Under the pieces are notes generated by a model. The model was not told the DNA's origin, did not search any database, and saw only the letters and a list, made by a program, of their open reading frames with translations. The translations under genes and the position numbers were made by a program. DNA of 63,684 nucleotides, filler included, from Octopus bimaculoides (lineage: Eukaryota), in assembly GCF_001194135.2 (NCBI RefSeq). It is 6 parts of 5 records of this genome, joined end to end, with 100 filler letters (N's around TTAATTAATTAA, not from the genome) between each part and the next. Parts side by side here need not be neighbours in the genome. Positions count along the whole stretch, not along the records: positions 1 to 25,738 come from NC_068984.1; positions 25,839 to 41,753 come from NC_068996.1; 4 more parts are not named here. One strand, 5' to 3'. This document shows, in pieces, positions 23,984 through 38,204 of this stretch. Positions within the stretch are counted from its first letter, which is position 1. Each line of letters starts with the position of its first letter.

Positions 23984-25424
23984 CATACATACATATGTAT
24001 AATACATGCACACACACAAATACATATACAAATCATGAAGCTTTTTTCTGAGTGATATAGATTCATAAGGCCGGTTTCCTGGTTTCTACGGGGTATATTA
24101 TTCCTCTTTCACCACCCACCCCACCCTGGATGAGATGCCGATCCGGTGCAGGATTACTCATTCTTGTCAGTTGAGTGAACTGGAACAATGTAAAATGAAG
24201 TGTTTTGCTCAAGAACACAATGCATTGCCTACTCCAAGAATTGAAATCACAATCTTATGATCATGAATCCAGCATACTAAGCCACACCCCTCCACACACA
24301 CATACACTCATACACATAAACACACACATATATATACGTGTGTGTGTATGTATATATACACAGAAGTATATTCTATCTATCTATCTATATATGTAACATA
24401 TTATAAACAGGGCAAATTTTAGCTATTTCTCTGCAGAATGAAAAAAAAATGATAAACAACCGTAATTGATTTTTTAACCTTATTGTTTTCTCATCAGAGG
24501 CGTCTACATCATTCTGACAGTCTCCAGAGAAACAAGCAGCCAAAATGTTTATGTACTCAACAAATGCAGCAGTTTCTCTCTGAAGGGGCCTCTCATTTAC
24601 ATACCGAAAGTGTTTAACACACTCTCTCTCTTTCTCTCTCTCTCTCTATATATATATATACATGTGTGTGTGTGTGTGTGTGTACTATAATAGAGAAAGC
24701 TGCTTATTAATTAGGTATGTAACAGTTACTAAATGAAAGCAATTATTAAATGCTTGACCGTCTAGAAATTTTTCTATATTATAATTTCTTTTATAAATTC
24801 ATGTTCCAAGAAATTTCCTGTAATTTAGATTTCTGAACTTTATTGAATATTTGAACTAGAAATTTTTCACTAATTTAAATATTCGTTGCATTTACTGCGA
24901 AGTAGATCTAATAAACAATATTAACTCGTTGCAAGCAAAATTTTCCGTTTTCATTTGCAAAAGTCTCTCACTCTCTCTAGCCTCTATTTTCATTAATGAT
25001 AATTTAATATCTATTCATTTAAATGTTTTAATTTCAAGTTTTAATTCGCTACTTGCAAAATCCACAGTTTATTCTATATATGTAATGTAAAAAAATATTT
25101 ATTGAATGAATGAATGCTATTAGACAAAATAGTTGTATAACTTTGAGGCTTCCATGATATAGTATATTGGTATAATTGAAAATAAAAAAAATTAAGAAGT
25201 AATTTTGTTGATACGGTTGTTTGGAACACAATAATAACTATGTGATTGCTGTTATTTCTAGCACGCTAAACTGTCATTCTTTCGTTTGAACCTGCATACT
25301 TCGTTGATCTCCGTAAAATTTTAATTTATTTACTTTTTGCGTGCCGTGTTCAGCTCTATGTATTTGTAGTCAGTCACATAGGCACACGTGTGTTTTTGTA
25401 TGCACATTTGTATGCATTTATGTA

Positions 25425-25462
<38 letters not shown>

Positions 25463-25531
25463 TGATTGAAGGGGTGTGTTTTCATGTGTACGTACGTACA
25501 TAAATACATATGCATACAACTTTTTCGTATA

Positions 25532-25563
<32 letters not shown>

Positions 25564-25838
25564 TGTGTGTGAGAGAGAGAGAGAGGATGATGTCTAACTG
25601 GCACTTGCTCTCTCACAAACACACAAACGCACACACGACCATTTCATATATATATATATATATATACATACATCTTTCACTTTCTCCTCATTTTCACTTT
25701 AAAACAAAAGTAAATAGATAAAAAAAAATCAGCTGTTCNNNNNNNNNNNNNNNNNNNNNNNNNNNNNNNNNNNNNNNNNNNNTTAATTAATTAANNNNNN
25801 NNNNNNNNNNNNNNNNNNNNNNNNNNNNNNNNNNNNNN

Positions 25839-25874
<36 letters not shown>

Positions 25875-28800
25875 CATATCAGTGTATGCATGTGCATCCT
25901 TGAAAGAAGCCCACTGTGTGGTAGTTGTAAATGATTTTCACTGTCATAGAAGCAGTATTACTCATTTCCAATATTCTGCAAAAACTTGTCTGGGTATGGG
26001 AAAATATTACTTTGCTTGGAAACAAGTGAAGGTAGGTGACAAGAAGGGCATGTAGCCATAGAAAATCTGCCTCAATAAACTCTGTCTAACGTATGTCAGC
26101 ATGTAAATGTGGGTCCCTTTCTCAGAGATTACAGAATACATCCTAGCTATTTATATATAATGTTCAAATTACCTGAGTGTGCATGTATGTGTGTAAGGAG
26201 ATCCTTAGATATTTTTAGTTTACATACAAGAATGATAAGTTTTTAACATCAACTCATATTTCAAAGGTAAAATGCTATAAAAATAATTAACTGTAAAGTT
26301 ATATACATTACACATGTTTCAGGTACTCTGAATCATTGTTTCACACACACACACACAGGTGTGTATATATATTTGTATATGTGTATACACATTCTCATGT
26401 GTATACTGGTCTCACTTGCCATTTGTTAAAAGTGATACATCTTCTAGAGGCAGCTAAAGATTTTAATACACCAAGAATTAATGTTGGATGGTATTAGATA
26501 CATCTGCATTTGTTTATATTGTTTATAAACATACCACTAGTCACTCTGAGTTAATTTTCTTAGCTCATTTTCCTCAAGTTATGCAAATTACTGAGGCTAT
26601 AAATTAATTCTTTTTATGTGTCTATGTCCCTTAACTGATGGAGTTAGGTGAAGACAATTGTCATGTTGATGATGCCTATTGAAGCAGAAATACATATCCA
26701 TGAGTATCCTTTGATATCTAGACAATCAGCTCATCCCATCCCTCAATGGCAAGTTAACTTAAACGAATTCTTGAATCTTCAGCTTATCTCCCCTCCTTAT
26801 GTAGAGCTGTTCTCAACTGACATTTGTAATTGTGAGACAACCTCCAGAAGCAGAAACGATTTTAATATAGCAAGAATTTATGCTGAAAGTTAATTGACAT
26901 ACCAGTATTTGTCTATGTTGTGTGTGAGTGTATAGGTTAGGTAGCTGTTAAATTGTCTACAACTCTCATGCTGACATCAGAGGTGATTTGATTGTTCAGC
27001 TTATACAGTAGAAAGACATTTATCGTTGTTATTTTGACAGTCAAAATTGCTGAGTCAACTTGGTGTAATTGAGAGCATAAATATCTAGTATTTGATACTG
27101 CATGATTAGATTAGTGGCAGAATTTTGCTTTAAGCACTCCATATAATCTCTCATAACTTTTTTATTGTGGGAAATTTGCAGAAAATTTTTGTGAATTTCT
27201 ATTCTACAGATGGGAATTCACATGACTATAAAAAAAAAATTTTTTTTTTGATTTTTCCAAATTAAAAAGAATTTTAAAAAAATTTTTCAGATTAAAAAAA
27301 AATAATCATTTAAAAATACAGACAGTCCAAATTTTTGGTTTAAATCATACAATATACTGTTAAATGTGTTTGCAGGGAGAACAGGGAGAAAGATATTGGA
27401 AAACATCAATATATCAGAGTGACAAACAAGGAGGGTATCAGGTGGCTGTGAGGTGTACTAAAAATGACAGCTAAATAGCCCTTAAATCATGCACCAAAAA
27501 TTTTGCGGGGTGGTTTTGCATAATCATATGATGATGATGGTGATATGAATTCTTGTGTATAGAACACAAATTCACAAATCTTCTGAAAATTCCAATAAAT
27601 GAAGAAAGTTATGAAGGATTATATGGCATGCTTAAACCAGAATTCCTCCAGATTAGTTCCTTTTTCTATCTTAAGCCACACATACATAGACATCCAGTAT
27701 TGCTGCCACCACTGTCATCATCACCATTAACCCTTTAGCATTTATACAGGCCAAAGTATTCTACCAATTTTATGTTCACACTAACCAGATCCAGCCTTTT
27801 TCACCTACCCTATAATGTCATTCTAAAAATAAACAACCATGTCATCAAAATCAAAGGAATTAAATAATGCATAATTAATCCAAGACAATCTTATAATTAT
27901 ATTTGTCATTGCATTACTTAGCCTGTCAGTAACACTTTCATGTGATTAGAAAAAAAGGGAGAAAGAAAAGGAGAAAAAGAGGGAGGGAGAAAAAAAGGGA
28001 GAGAGAAGCATCAATGACATGAGGTAGAGGGAATGTAATTGTTATGCTTTCATGTGATTAGTTGAAGGGAAAGAGAGGAGAAAGAAAAAGAAAAAGAGGA
28101 TAAGGTGAAGAGTAAGACAGAAAGAGGGAGAGAAAAGCATCCATGATGTGAGGTAGGGGGAATGTAATATTTATTATATGGTTCAAAAAGTTAGTTAAAG
28201 GTAGAGGAGGAGAGTTAAAAATATAATTTTAGCAGAGGGGTGATGTTCTGATGGTGAGGTTAAAGAAAGGCAGAGGGAGTGGGGGGAGCGAGCAGGAAGA
28301 GAGAGATGATGATGGTAGCGACTGAATAGTGAAATGTGTATTTTTAAAAAAAATTGAACTAAGTTTTTATATCACCTATCAGTATAAGTGCATAAGTGCA
28401 ATTCCATGAAATATTCATGCTTATTTATGTGGCAGTTTAACCAAGTGCAATTCCATGAAATATCCATGCTTATTTACATGCAATTTAACCAACGGTTGTA
28501 TCATATGTGCAGGATATTTTTTTTTCTGTCTATGGGAAAAGTAAGAGTGAATATTTATTTCATGAGTGCTGTGTATTAAGTCTATAAAGTTATGTATAAA
28601 GTATACATATAAAGTGCATTAAGTAATCATCATATTCCAATTTCTTTCACTTTTCAATGAATAGCAGATGAGCGACTATCTTTTGATACAGACACAATAC
28701 AGGCTACACTTTCATGTTTCTTGGATAAAGTTTTCAGAAATAACCCAATAGGTTTGCCATTAATTCTGTGAAATATTCACGAGTCCTGCTAGCATGAATA

Positions 28801-29539
28801 AATAAGCATTATATATGAAGAGTAATCTGAACACTAGAGGGTTAAGATCACTTAACATCCAGTCTCCATGCTGGTATGAGTTAAATGGTTTGACAGGGTG
28901 AATTGGAGGACTGCATTGTGTTCCAGTGTCTATTTTGACATGGATTCTAAGGCTGCATTCCCTTCATAATGCCAACAACTTCACAGAGAGAACTAGGTAC
29001 TTTTCTCATGAAACAGTCACTAGTTATGTCGGTTTGCAAGGTTAAGGGGGATTAGAGGAGATGCTATAATTGAAGAAGAATAGTAGAGTGAATGTGATTT
29101 TAGACAAGGTGATGAGAGAGAGTGGTTTTAGAGAGAGTAACAGAGTAGTGACTTTGGTGGGAGGGAGTATGGAAGGAATTGGGGGAAAGAAAGAGATTAG
29201 TGTCAGGGGTTAGATAGAAAAGTAGGAATAAGGTGAAAGGTGATGAGGCAGATTGTATACAGGTGCTCCTGGCAAATAACACATTGTGTGTGTGTATTTT
29301 AGGGAGAGGGAAGTCACTAAAAGGGTTATGAATAGTGACAAAAGAACTCTTACTGACAAACAACTGATTACTTGATTAACCAGCACATTAAACAAATGAT
29401 TGATTAGTTGGTTAGATATTTAACCAAGTGACTAATGAGGAAGAAGTGATACTGAACCAGTGTGTGCATATGTTATTATTATTGAAGTAATGACCCTCCC
29501 AAGACAACGATAGACATAGAGTCTTTGGACTAAATGTGA

Positions 29540-30125
29540 CAATTTTTTATGTCTCCATTCTTCAGGAACAGTCAGTGGTGTCGGAGAGCATAAAGTTGTA
29601 CTTGAGAAAAAGTTAGCTATGGAGGACTTGAAGCCTTGTGAATGGATCATGAAGATTCACACTGGGTATCAAAATGCTGGCATCATGACTGCTGCTCAAT
29701 GTTCTGTGAATACTGAAAAGGTTATATAAGATGTGACACAGACATCCTGAAAACCAAGTTCCCCAAAACTGTCTTTGGATATATCTCCAGTGAGAATGAT
29801 TTCATGAGCCCCACATCTTTGAATGAGGCCTTAGGTTCAATTCATACAGCTGTTATGTTGCTGGAGATTGTCAAACCCTGGCTGGAGAGGGTTACTGCTG
29901 GAAGGCCATGTGTAGCAGCATGATTCAGCTCTATGCCATACCTCTAGAAAAAGTTTGAAGTGGTTGTTGGAGAAATTCTACAATTTCACCAACCCCAATT
30001 TCTGGTGGCCTAATTCCCCTAACTGTAATCCCATGGATCACTATGTGAGAAAGACACCAAATGCTCTGCCTGTAATACCAAGACTGAGTTGGTGGCCAAC
30101 ATCAAAAATGTATTATTGAGGCATT
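29540..30125 (+). mobile_element. Internally deleted DD37D (maT-type) transposon relic
   Basis: N-terminal HTH-like segment MEDLKPCEWIMKIHTGYQNAGIMTAAQCSVNT, then KTKFP, VKPWLERV, HDSALCHTSRKSLKWLLEKFYNFTNPNFWWPNSPNCNPMDHY (D-x37-D). Stops and frameshifts. Confidence 0.85.
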
Positions 30126-30583
30126 ATCTTAGAGTTAGAAGTCTCTCTTGTCATTGAACCTTATCTGTTTTCTAATGTCTCATTTCACATGGCGTCAAAG
30201 TATGAAGCAAGTAGGTTTGTTGATGGGAGAACTGACAGCAACAACACCCGTGCATTGCAATTTTTGTAGAAGCAAGTGAAATTTCTTATTTTATCTTATG
30301 TCCATTGTCTAGAAATCTTTCATCAGATACACATGGATGGAAAATGGAAAGGTCGTTAAAGAGGTCATAGATATGTGACAAAAGATTTCCAGACAATAGA
30401 CATAAGATTTCCAGACAATGGACATAAGATAAAATAAGAACAATAATAAACAAGGGAAGAACAAATATGTAGTGCATGTGTTTATTTGACAAAAAAAAAA
30501 AAATGACCACCCCAAAATATAACAATATCTGTTTCAACATACGATTTCACATCAGGAATTTTGCAAAACAAATTCATAAACAT

Positions 30584-30617
<34 letters not shown>

Positions 30618-31064
30618 CATTCAACCATGGTAGTGGTTGAATATATTCTTAAGTCCACCATTTCATCAATTACAGCAGTTTCCAAGCTTCACCACTAATT
30701 CAGTTCTTAACTAAACTGCAAACTGTTAATAGTTTTAAAGAGGACACCTCCTCAGCTACACTTTGGCATAAATAGTTTGAGATTTGGTTCAATAGAAAAA
30801 AAGTTGCATCAAAATATGTCAGACCTCAAGTGGGCAGTAAGAAAGATATTCATCTTCAATTAACATAAATTTTTTAATTTTAAATTAAAAGTATACTTTT
30901 TCTTAGGCTTAAATGATAGAACAATGCATGAGGAATTCAAACAAAAATTAGTAGAAAAAGAGTTATGAGGTAAAATGTTACGAAGTTTCATGTCAGTAAG
31001 TAAGGAAGTAACACCTAAGCAATAAGAATAAAGAATATATTTCTAAAACGAATGTTTACATTCT

Positions 31065-31320
31065 AAGGCAGTGAGCTGGCAGAAACATTAGCACGCTGGG
31101 CAAAATGCTTAGCGGTATTCCATCTCTTTTTATGTTTTGAGTTCAAATTTCGCCGAGGTCGACTTTGACATAGAGATTATTTAATTAATCTTTTTTTAAC
31201 TAAACACTTTATTCTTAACGTTTTTGACAAAATTTTGTATTTTAGAAGTGGTATTTCATCTGTCTTTATGTTCTGAGTTCAAATTCTGCCGAAGTCAACT
31301 TTGCCTTTCCTACATTTCGG
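31065..31320 (+). mobile_element. tRNA-derived SINE with Nin/Deu-like central domain (partial, locally duplicated)
   Basis: GAGCTGGCAGAAACATTAGCACG...GAGTTCAAATT.CGCCGAGGTCGACTTTG, repeated at ~31270. Same family at 39190-39380, 45260-45350, 47130-47933 and 62380-62474. Confidence 0.7.
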
Positions 31321-32267
31321 ATCTATTCAATTAGACATACAGATTATTTCATCAATTTTTTTTTACTAGACACTTTCAAACTTCTGATACTGGTAGAATG
31401 TGTCACATACAACAGGGTTTACTCTTAACATTTTTGACAAAGTTTAGTATTTTAGAAGTTATTTCATCACAAGTTACAGAGTGACAATGGACAAATTTGT
31501 GTTTGATAAGTTCCAATATATAAAACTCTAAGCCTTTGACTTACTCTCTAACTTCTGCCGATGATATATATACATATTACACATATATGTGTAAAAAAAT
31601 CTCATCACGCAATTGAACCAATGGTCGCTCGACACACTAAAAATAGTAGTCAAAGTATCCCCCTACCTAAATCACATGCCCATTGTATGCAATGTCCTAG
31701 ATTATCCCTAAAAAGACAGTTTGCTGAAGGCTGGAATGTCTTTGATGATACGTTTGCAGTATCAGGGTTGATGTGAGGCTAAATAACAACAAAATTATGG
31801 TCAATTTCTATATTAACACCTGCATGATCTTCACTAAGAAAAAAAAATTTGGTTTTTTGCATGGAATCAAATACCCTGACCTAATATGCTGCAAATCCTG
31901 GAATCATTGGAAATTTTTTTCTCCATTGAATGAATTCCTGTGACCTCCTAATATTGCAAAATTAGGTTACTTAAGGTGAGCTTGGTAACTGATGGTTTTG
32001 GGGTCGTTGTTTGTAACTTTTGGTGAGCCATGATGCAACCAACAACATGGTAAAAATCCTTGCCATTAATTTGGTGTGGATGGATAATATCAAATAATTC
32101 AATCACAACATATATTTAAATTAAACATGAAGATAATTGAAATATTATCATCACTTACATGGAAAAATTGAAATATTATCTTTCAGTACTTTATAAGGTA
32201 AAATCTTAAATTATTAATTGACACATTATTAATTATCATATAACAGCAATGCCTGGAAAAATCATGG

Positions 32268-32760
32268 ATTACAAGGAAAAATGCAAGCATGAAAAGTCAT
32301 ATTCTTAAGATTATAAACCTGGAAAAGTACAGGACAAGTTATTACTTCTTGTAAAGTAAAGAATAAGAAACTTTTTACTTAAAATACTGAAGCTAAAATT
32401 AAAATTTGAATATTAAAACTTATTTTATTATAGTTTACAAATAACACTATACTTATTTAAGTAGAATTTGGCTAATTTACTACATGAAATACATAAAAAA
32501 GTGACTGATTAGACAAACAAACAAATTAGCTGAACAGTTTTGTACAATTAATTTAATAGATGAGAACTGTAAAGAGTGATAAATTAGAAGAACTGACATT
32601 CTTTGCTGCAATATTTTAAGTAAAAAGTTTCTTATTCTTTACTTTACTAGAAATAATAGCTTTGACCTATACTTTTACAGGTGTAATAACTTGACCTGTA
32701 CTTTTACAGGTTTATAATCTTAAGAATATTACTTTTCATGCTCGCATTTTTCCATGTAAT
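32268..32760. mobile_element. MITE-like element with ~120-150-bp terminal inverted repeats
   Basis: ATTACAAGGAAAAATGCAAGCATGAAAAGTCATATTCTTAAGATTATAAACCTG... is mirrored by ...CAGGTTTATAATCTTAAGAATATTACTTTTCATGCTCGCATTTTTCCATGTAAT. Confidence 0.8.
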
Positions 32761-32769
32761 GTAATGTGT

Positions 32770-33000
32770 GTGCGTGTGTATATGTATGTATGCATGTATG
32801 TATATAGTTCAAATTTACAGAAAACAAAAGATGAAGACAGGTGAAGGAACAACAAGCAGGTGTATTAGTTTAACGCCCAAGAAGAATGGAGAAAACTTTG
32901 ACAATTCAAGCCTACACTTTTCGACAGAAAGGATTGAGAGGGAAACAAACAGAGAGAGAAAACAATGTGTAGAGATTAATGGTTCCACATGATGAAAGAG
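32770..33000 (-). mobile_element. Second copy of the PLE-like terminal fragment seen at 3817-4045
   Basis: Reverse-complement similarity over ~200 bp (ATAGTTCAAATTTACAGAAAACAAAAGA.GAAGACAGGTGAAGGAACAACAAGCAG). Confidence 0.75.
32896..32931 (-). ncRNA. Minimal hammerhead-like motif, decayed (copy 2)
   Basis: Minus strand CTTT-CTGTCGA-A-AAGT-GTAG-GCTT-GAATTG-TC-AAAG. Stem I CTTT/AAAG, G8 retained, stem II still pairs with changed bases; GAAAC has decayed to GAATT. Confidence 0.45.
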
Positions 33001-34459
33001 GCTGAATGGAAGGGAGATAATAATGGTGACCTGGCCAAACTATGGTGCACAGAGAATGGTGAGTGTGAGTGCATATGTGTGAATGGGGCAAGTGAGTATA
33101 TGTATATGGGTGAGGTTAAAATTATGTGGGCCTGTGTGTGTGTATGTGTATAAGTAACATGTTGGAGTGATGTGCATTTCATGTACTGATGTGTATGTGT
33201 GTGCATTGTGTGGAGTGATGTGTATTTCATGTATTTGCGTGTGGATATATCTATATACTATCAACTTCTTTTAGTTTCCTTCTTCCAAATCCATTCACAG
33301 AACTATAGTCAAAGACACTTGTTCATGGTGCCATGCAGTGGGACAACCTAAAACCTAGCTGGGAAGTGTACAAATGTATATACATGTGTGCATGTGTGTG
33401 TGTGTGCATATAACGTCAAAATGGTAAAATGGTATCTTCGCAAAAAACATTTACTATAGTATCTAAAATCAGTGCACATATTTTGGAAAACTTACCTGAA
33501 AGTAATTTTGTATTGGTTTGAAAGAATATATTGGCAAATTGCCGATATGCCACAGACAAGAAATTCATAATAAACTGTTAAGGTAAAAAAAAAAATTTTT
33601 TAAATCATTAATTTTTAGTAAGAATTAGAAACAGTTATTTCTAAAAAAAATATAAATGTTATTTCCACTGAATTAATTACAATTAATGCAAATGTCAAAA
33701 TAAGAAATTATATACAAAATGATGAACTGTAATAGTTGATTGATTATGACAATAATTTAATGCTGCTGTTATGAATAACAAAGACATAGGTATGGTTGTA
33801 TGATTGAGAAGCTTGCTTCAAAAACATAATAGAATTGGATTCACTTCGAGCAAGTGTCTTCTACTGTAACCTCAAGCCAACCAAAAACCTTGTGAATGAG
33901 TTGGCTGACAGAAACTGAAAGAAGTCTATTGCATACATATGTGTGTGCATACATAACTGTGTGTGTGTGTGTATGTACTATTGTCTTGACATTACATGGT
34001 CATAAATAAGCATCGCTATCATACATGTGATGATGTTCTTTTCCAGTCTTCCATGGAAAACATGTCAGGCCATGGGAAACAGGTGAAGCTTGAGAACAGG
34101 AAGGGCATCCAGCTGTAGAGAACCTGCCTCAATAAACCCTGTCTGACTCATACAAGCTTGAAAAGTGGATGTTAAGTCATGTTAATAATGTTGATGAAAA
34201 ATGATCTTAATCACCATCATACATGCATGCACGTAGCTCATGCAATTTGAACTCACCACTTAAATGCATGGTTTGCATTAATATATGCTAATATAGATTC
34301 ATTTTAATGTAAACCATAAGCATTTTGTCAGACAAAGTCTTCAAAGTGCTGACTGAGGATCCAACTTGCATTTTCAAAAATTCCCTTTTACTTGCTCTCT
34401 CTCTCCACATACACACATACCTAGGTGAGTATATTATATCATCATCATCATTTAATGAC

Positions 34460-35230
34460 CAGAGGTATGGGTTGGACAGTTTGACAGGAGCTGGCCAGCT
34501 GAAAAGCTGCTCAGGCTCCATGTCTGCTTTGGCATGGTTTCTCTGGCTGGATGCCTTTCCTAATGCCAACCACTTTACAGAGTGTACTGAGTGCTTTTCA
34601 TGTGGCATCAGCATAGGTGCTTTTTACACCAGCACCCATGAGCCCGCAAAATTAATATCACTCAGCTGAAGAGAGATGCAGGGGACACACCTGTATGCAA
34701 GGACAATCACAATTTTACTTAGATTAACATGTCTTCTCAACCACAGCAAACAGTCAGAAGTCTTGGTCCCTTGTCATGCCCTGTGTGAGGACCAACATCT
34801 GAAGATTCTTTCTCACCACTTTGTTCTACATCTTCCTGGGTTTGCCCCTTCTACATGTTCTCTCCACAATTAGAGATTGGCACTTTTTAATGCAGCTGTC
34901 CACATCCATACACATCACATCACCACACCAGTGCAGTCTTCTCTCTTGCATGCAACATGATGCCTCTTATACGTAGTTTTCCTCTTAAATCATTTACATT
35001 GTCAAATGTGCACAATGACATTACCCACCCAGTGGAGCATGCTGGTTTCATTTCTTTCAAGCCTTCACATGTTCTTAATATGTCACAGTCCATATCTCAC
35101 TGCCATCTGCCATGTAACATAGCTGTACGTACAGAGGCATCATACAATCTGCCTTTCACTCTGAGTGAGAGGCCATTTCTTACTAACAGTGGTAGCAGCT
35201 CTGAACCTTGCTCAGCCCATTCTTATTCTA
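34460..35230 (-). mobile_element. RTE LINE 3' end (RT C-terminus plus 3' UTR), decayed
   Basis: Minus strand VKGRLYDASVRTAMLHG-like segment and the RTE 3' UTR motif GGCATTAGGAAAGGCATCCAGC ending in (GAT)n. Confidence 0.75.
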
Positions 35231-38204
35231 GGAGCTATACTTTCAGATATACATACATATATCATCATTTATCGTCCATTTTCCATGCTGGCATGGGTTG
35301 GATGGTTTGACTGGGCACTGGCAAGCCAGGAGGCTGCACCAGGCTCCAATCTGATCTGGCAATGTTTCTACAGCTGGATGCCCTTGCTAACGTCAACCAC
35401 TCCGAGAGTATAATGAGTGTTTTTAGTGCCACCGGCATGGGAGCCAATCAGGCGGCAATGGCATCAGCCACGTGTATGTAAAAATATATATATTTATATG
35501 TATACTATATAAACTTTCATAAGGCTGATGATGTGTTGTAGCACTTTTAGTTCTTTATAGTGTGTGGTGTGGTGGACTGAAGGAATTGATAGGTGAAAAA
35601 CATGGCTATCATCAAGGATACCTTGCATCAAAAACGACAACTTCAAGAATGTAATATATATTATCATCATCATCGAAATCATTTTAACATCATTTTTCTG
35701 TATATGAAGGGTTCAGATGGAATTCGTAGTCAATACCTTTCTTGTTGCCAACTCTCAACTGTGTGATAGTGATGCCTGATTACAACTATTGTATGATGTT
35801 AAGACAAGGGGACAAAAAAACGCTCTCTCACTGTCACTGTCTCTCTCCATATTTATATATACATACACATGGCCTACAACAGAAATTTGGCAAAGTAAGA
35901 CAGAACAAGGCTGCTTTTGGGCATCAGGAAGGATGATGTCCTTTCAAAATCCAAAGGGGCTGTGAGAATAATCATGAGCTGCCCTTGGCTCTCCAGGCCC
36001 CTGACTGATACACTGGTCTATACAATAACACACCACTTAATATTTTGTGGGTAAGGAATGCATCCACCTCATTATGTTATTAAATATATATACACATTAC
36101 TCCAACAGAATGTGTAGAGTGCTACTGTCTTTTATTTGTTCACACACACACACACATTCTTTTACTTGTTTCAGTTATTTGACTGCAGCCATGCTGGAGT
36201 ACCGCCTTGAAAGGTGTTCAGTCAAACAAATCGACCGTGGGACTTATTTTTTAAGCTTAATACTTACTCTATAAGTCTCTTTTGCCGAACTGCTAGGTTA
36301 TAGAGACCTAAATGCACCAACACTGGTTGCCAAGCAGTGATGGTGGGGACAAACACAGACACAAAGATATATACATATATCTAAGTATATAGATATCAAT
36401 ATATATATATATATTTATATCAAGGTAGATTATAAATGGCGCCATGATAGGGTGCTTGCAATACTTGTTCACACCCTGGAGCAAAAAAGACACAAAAAAC
36501 ATCATCACCAGGGGAAGGAAACAGCAACAATTAAATTCAGGAACAAGGGAGAGAGGCCAGAAAAGTAAGTAAAAAACAATATATAGCTTTCTGCATGGAT
36601 CTCAACCATGGGATATGAAAGCGGACCTATATATACACACATATATATATAGGCACAGGCGTGGCACTGTGGTAAGAAGCTTGCTTAACAACCACATGGT
36701 TCGGGGTTCAGTCCCACTACCGAGCACCTTGGGCTGACCAAAGTCTTGTGGGTGGAACCGAAAGAAGCCCGTCGCATATATGTATATTTATGCGTGTCTT
36801 TGAGTCTGTGTTTGTCTTACATTCGACTAATAATTCTCCAAGGCGGTACCCCAGTATGGCCACTGTCCAATACTGAAACAAATAAATTATATATATATAT
36901 CCGTTTAGTGTTGACTGTCGAAAGAAAAAGTAGTCAATTCGCAAAAAATACACGATGCACTCTAGAGTCGTTATTTCACCACAAGCGCTTGCACGTGCAA
37001 ATACATGAGAAACAATGTTGCATAAATAATTTGAATTCTTATCTGCTTATATTTTTAAATATAAACATGTACTTTCTTTGATCCTACATTATTCTTCATT
37101 TTATATAATTAAAATAATGTAAACAACGACAAAGGTAATAAATATTTAAAAACTGCTAACGCTTTATATATACAATTTCAATTAATGTTGAAAGGTAAAT
37201 GGAATTATAGGAGATTAAATAATACATAGAGGGAAAAAATATCAATCTGAAATGCACAATGTTAAATTAAAGTTAAATTACCAGACAGCGGAAAAACCGA
37301 ACAACCGAATGACTTTAATGTCACCTTTGTATACGAAAGTAAGGCATAAAACATGCAGTACAAAAAATAATCATATCAGTGTTGTTACTATTTGAAAATG
37401 TTCAAAATAAATAAAGAATTTTATTTATATATTTTATAAGACACAATTCAATAAAATAACTTATATACATTTTCATAATTTCCGGAAAGTAAGTATCGTT
37501 AAAAAATGTTGGTTGATTTTGGTAGACCTTTGAAAGTTTCGTATTTCCACGAGCAGTCAATGAGAAATGTATTAATTTCTGATAATGACACCAGACTACA
37601 AGTTTTAGAGGTGTATATAGGCATTTATACTAATTTTGTCGACTGCAGGAGGATGTAAGGCAAAATGATTTTGCTGTGGCACGAAATCAGAAGTTAAGCA
37701 CATGTAGCTAAATACTGCTAAAGTATTTTCTCCTGAGTTCCAATTCTCTCAGCTCGCTACCTTTCAATAGTAGCAATATGAAAAAATTCTTTCTTCAATA
37801 AAGTTATGAAAAAAATTTTGGTAATCTGGCCGAATTCGGAGATCTTGTACGCCAGTACAAAGCGGAAGCAACTTTGCAGCCGACACTTATCACAAAAGTT
37901 GTATGTAGGCACAATATTGTTATAATTCGGGAATTCTAGCATTGCTTACGCAAAGTTACTGCTAACATTTATGAAAGTGACTTGATAAACGTTTTATAGC
38001 ATATTCTATATGAATTCTAATGTATAAGCATTATACATTAGAATTCAAGGATTCTAATATTGCCAAGAATCCTCGGCTGCTACGTCACTTCCATCTAGTA
38101 CCAGAGGTCAAGGTCAAAAGAAAATATCCATATTCGGCAAAATTACCTTATTTCTATTATATCTATTTATTTAAAAATAAAAACATCTTTAAAGATTATT
38201 GCTG

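Noticed and set aside
25783-25794. TTAATTAATTAA islands inside N runs (also 41798, 56902, 59342, 62519)
   Set aside because: Identical 12-mer centred in ~100-nt gaps and giving stops in all six frames; this is an assembly spacer, not biological sequence.
26648-26893. 81-aa ORF MKTIVMLMMPIEAE...
   Set aside because: No recognisable motif, no convincing splice or promoter context, and a length expected by chance.
29569-29720. MTAAQC segment with AG/GT flanks, resembling the TAAHC exon of the serine protease
   Set aside because: It continues into KTKFP and the DD37D catalytic region, so it is better read as the transposase N-terminus; it also lacks the catalytic His.
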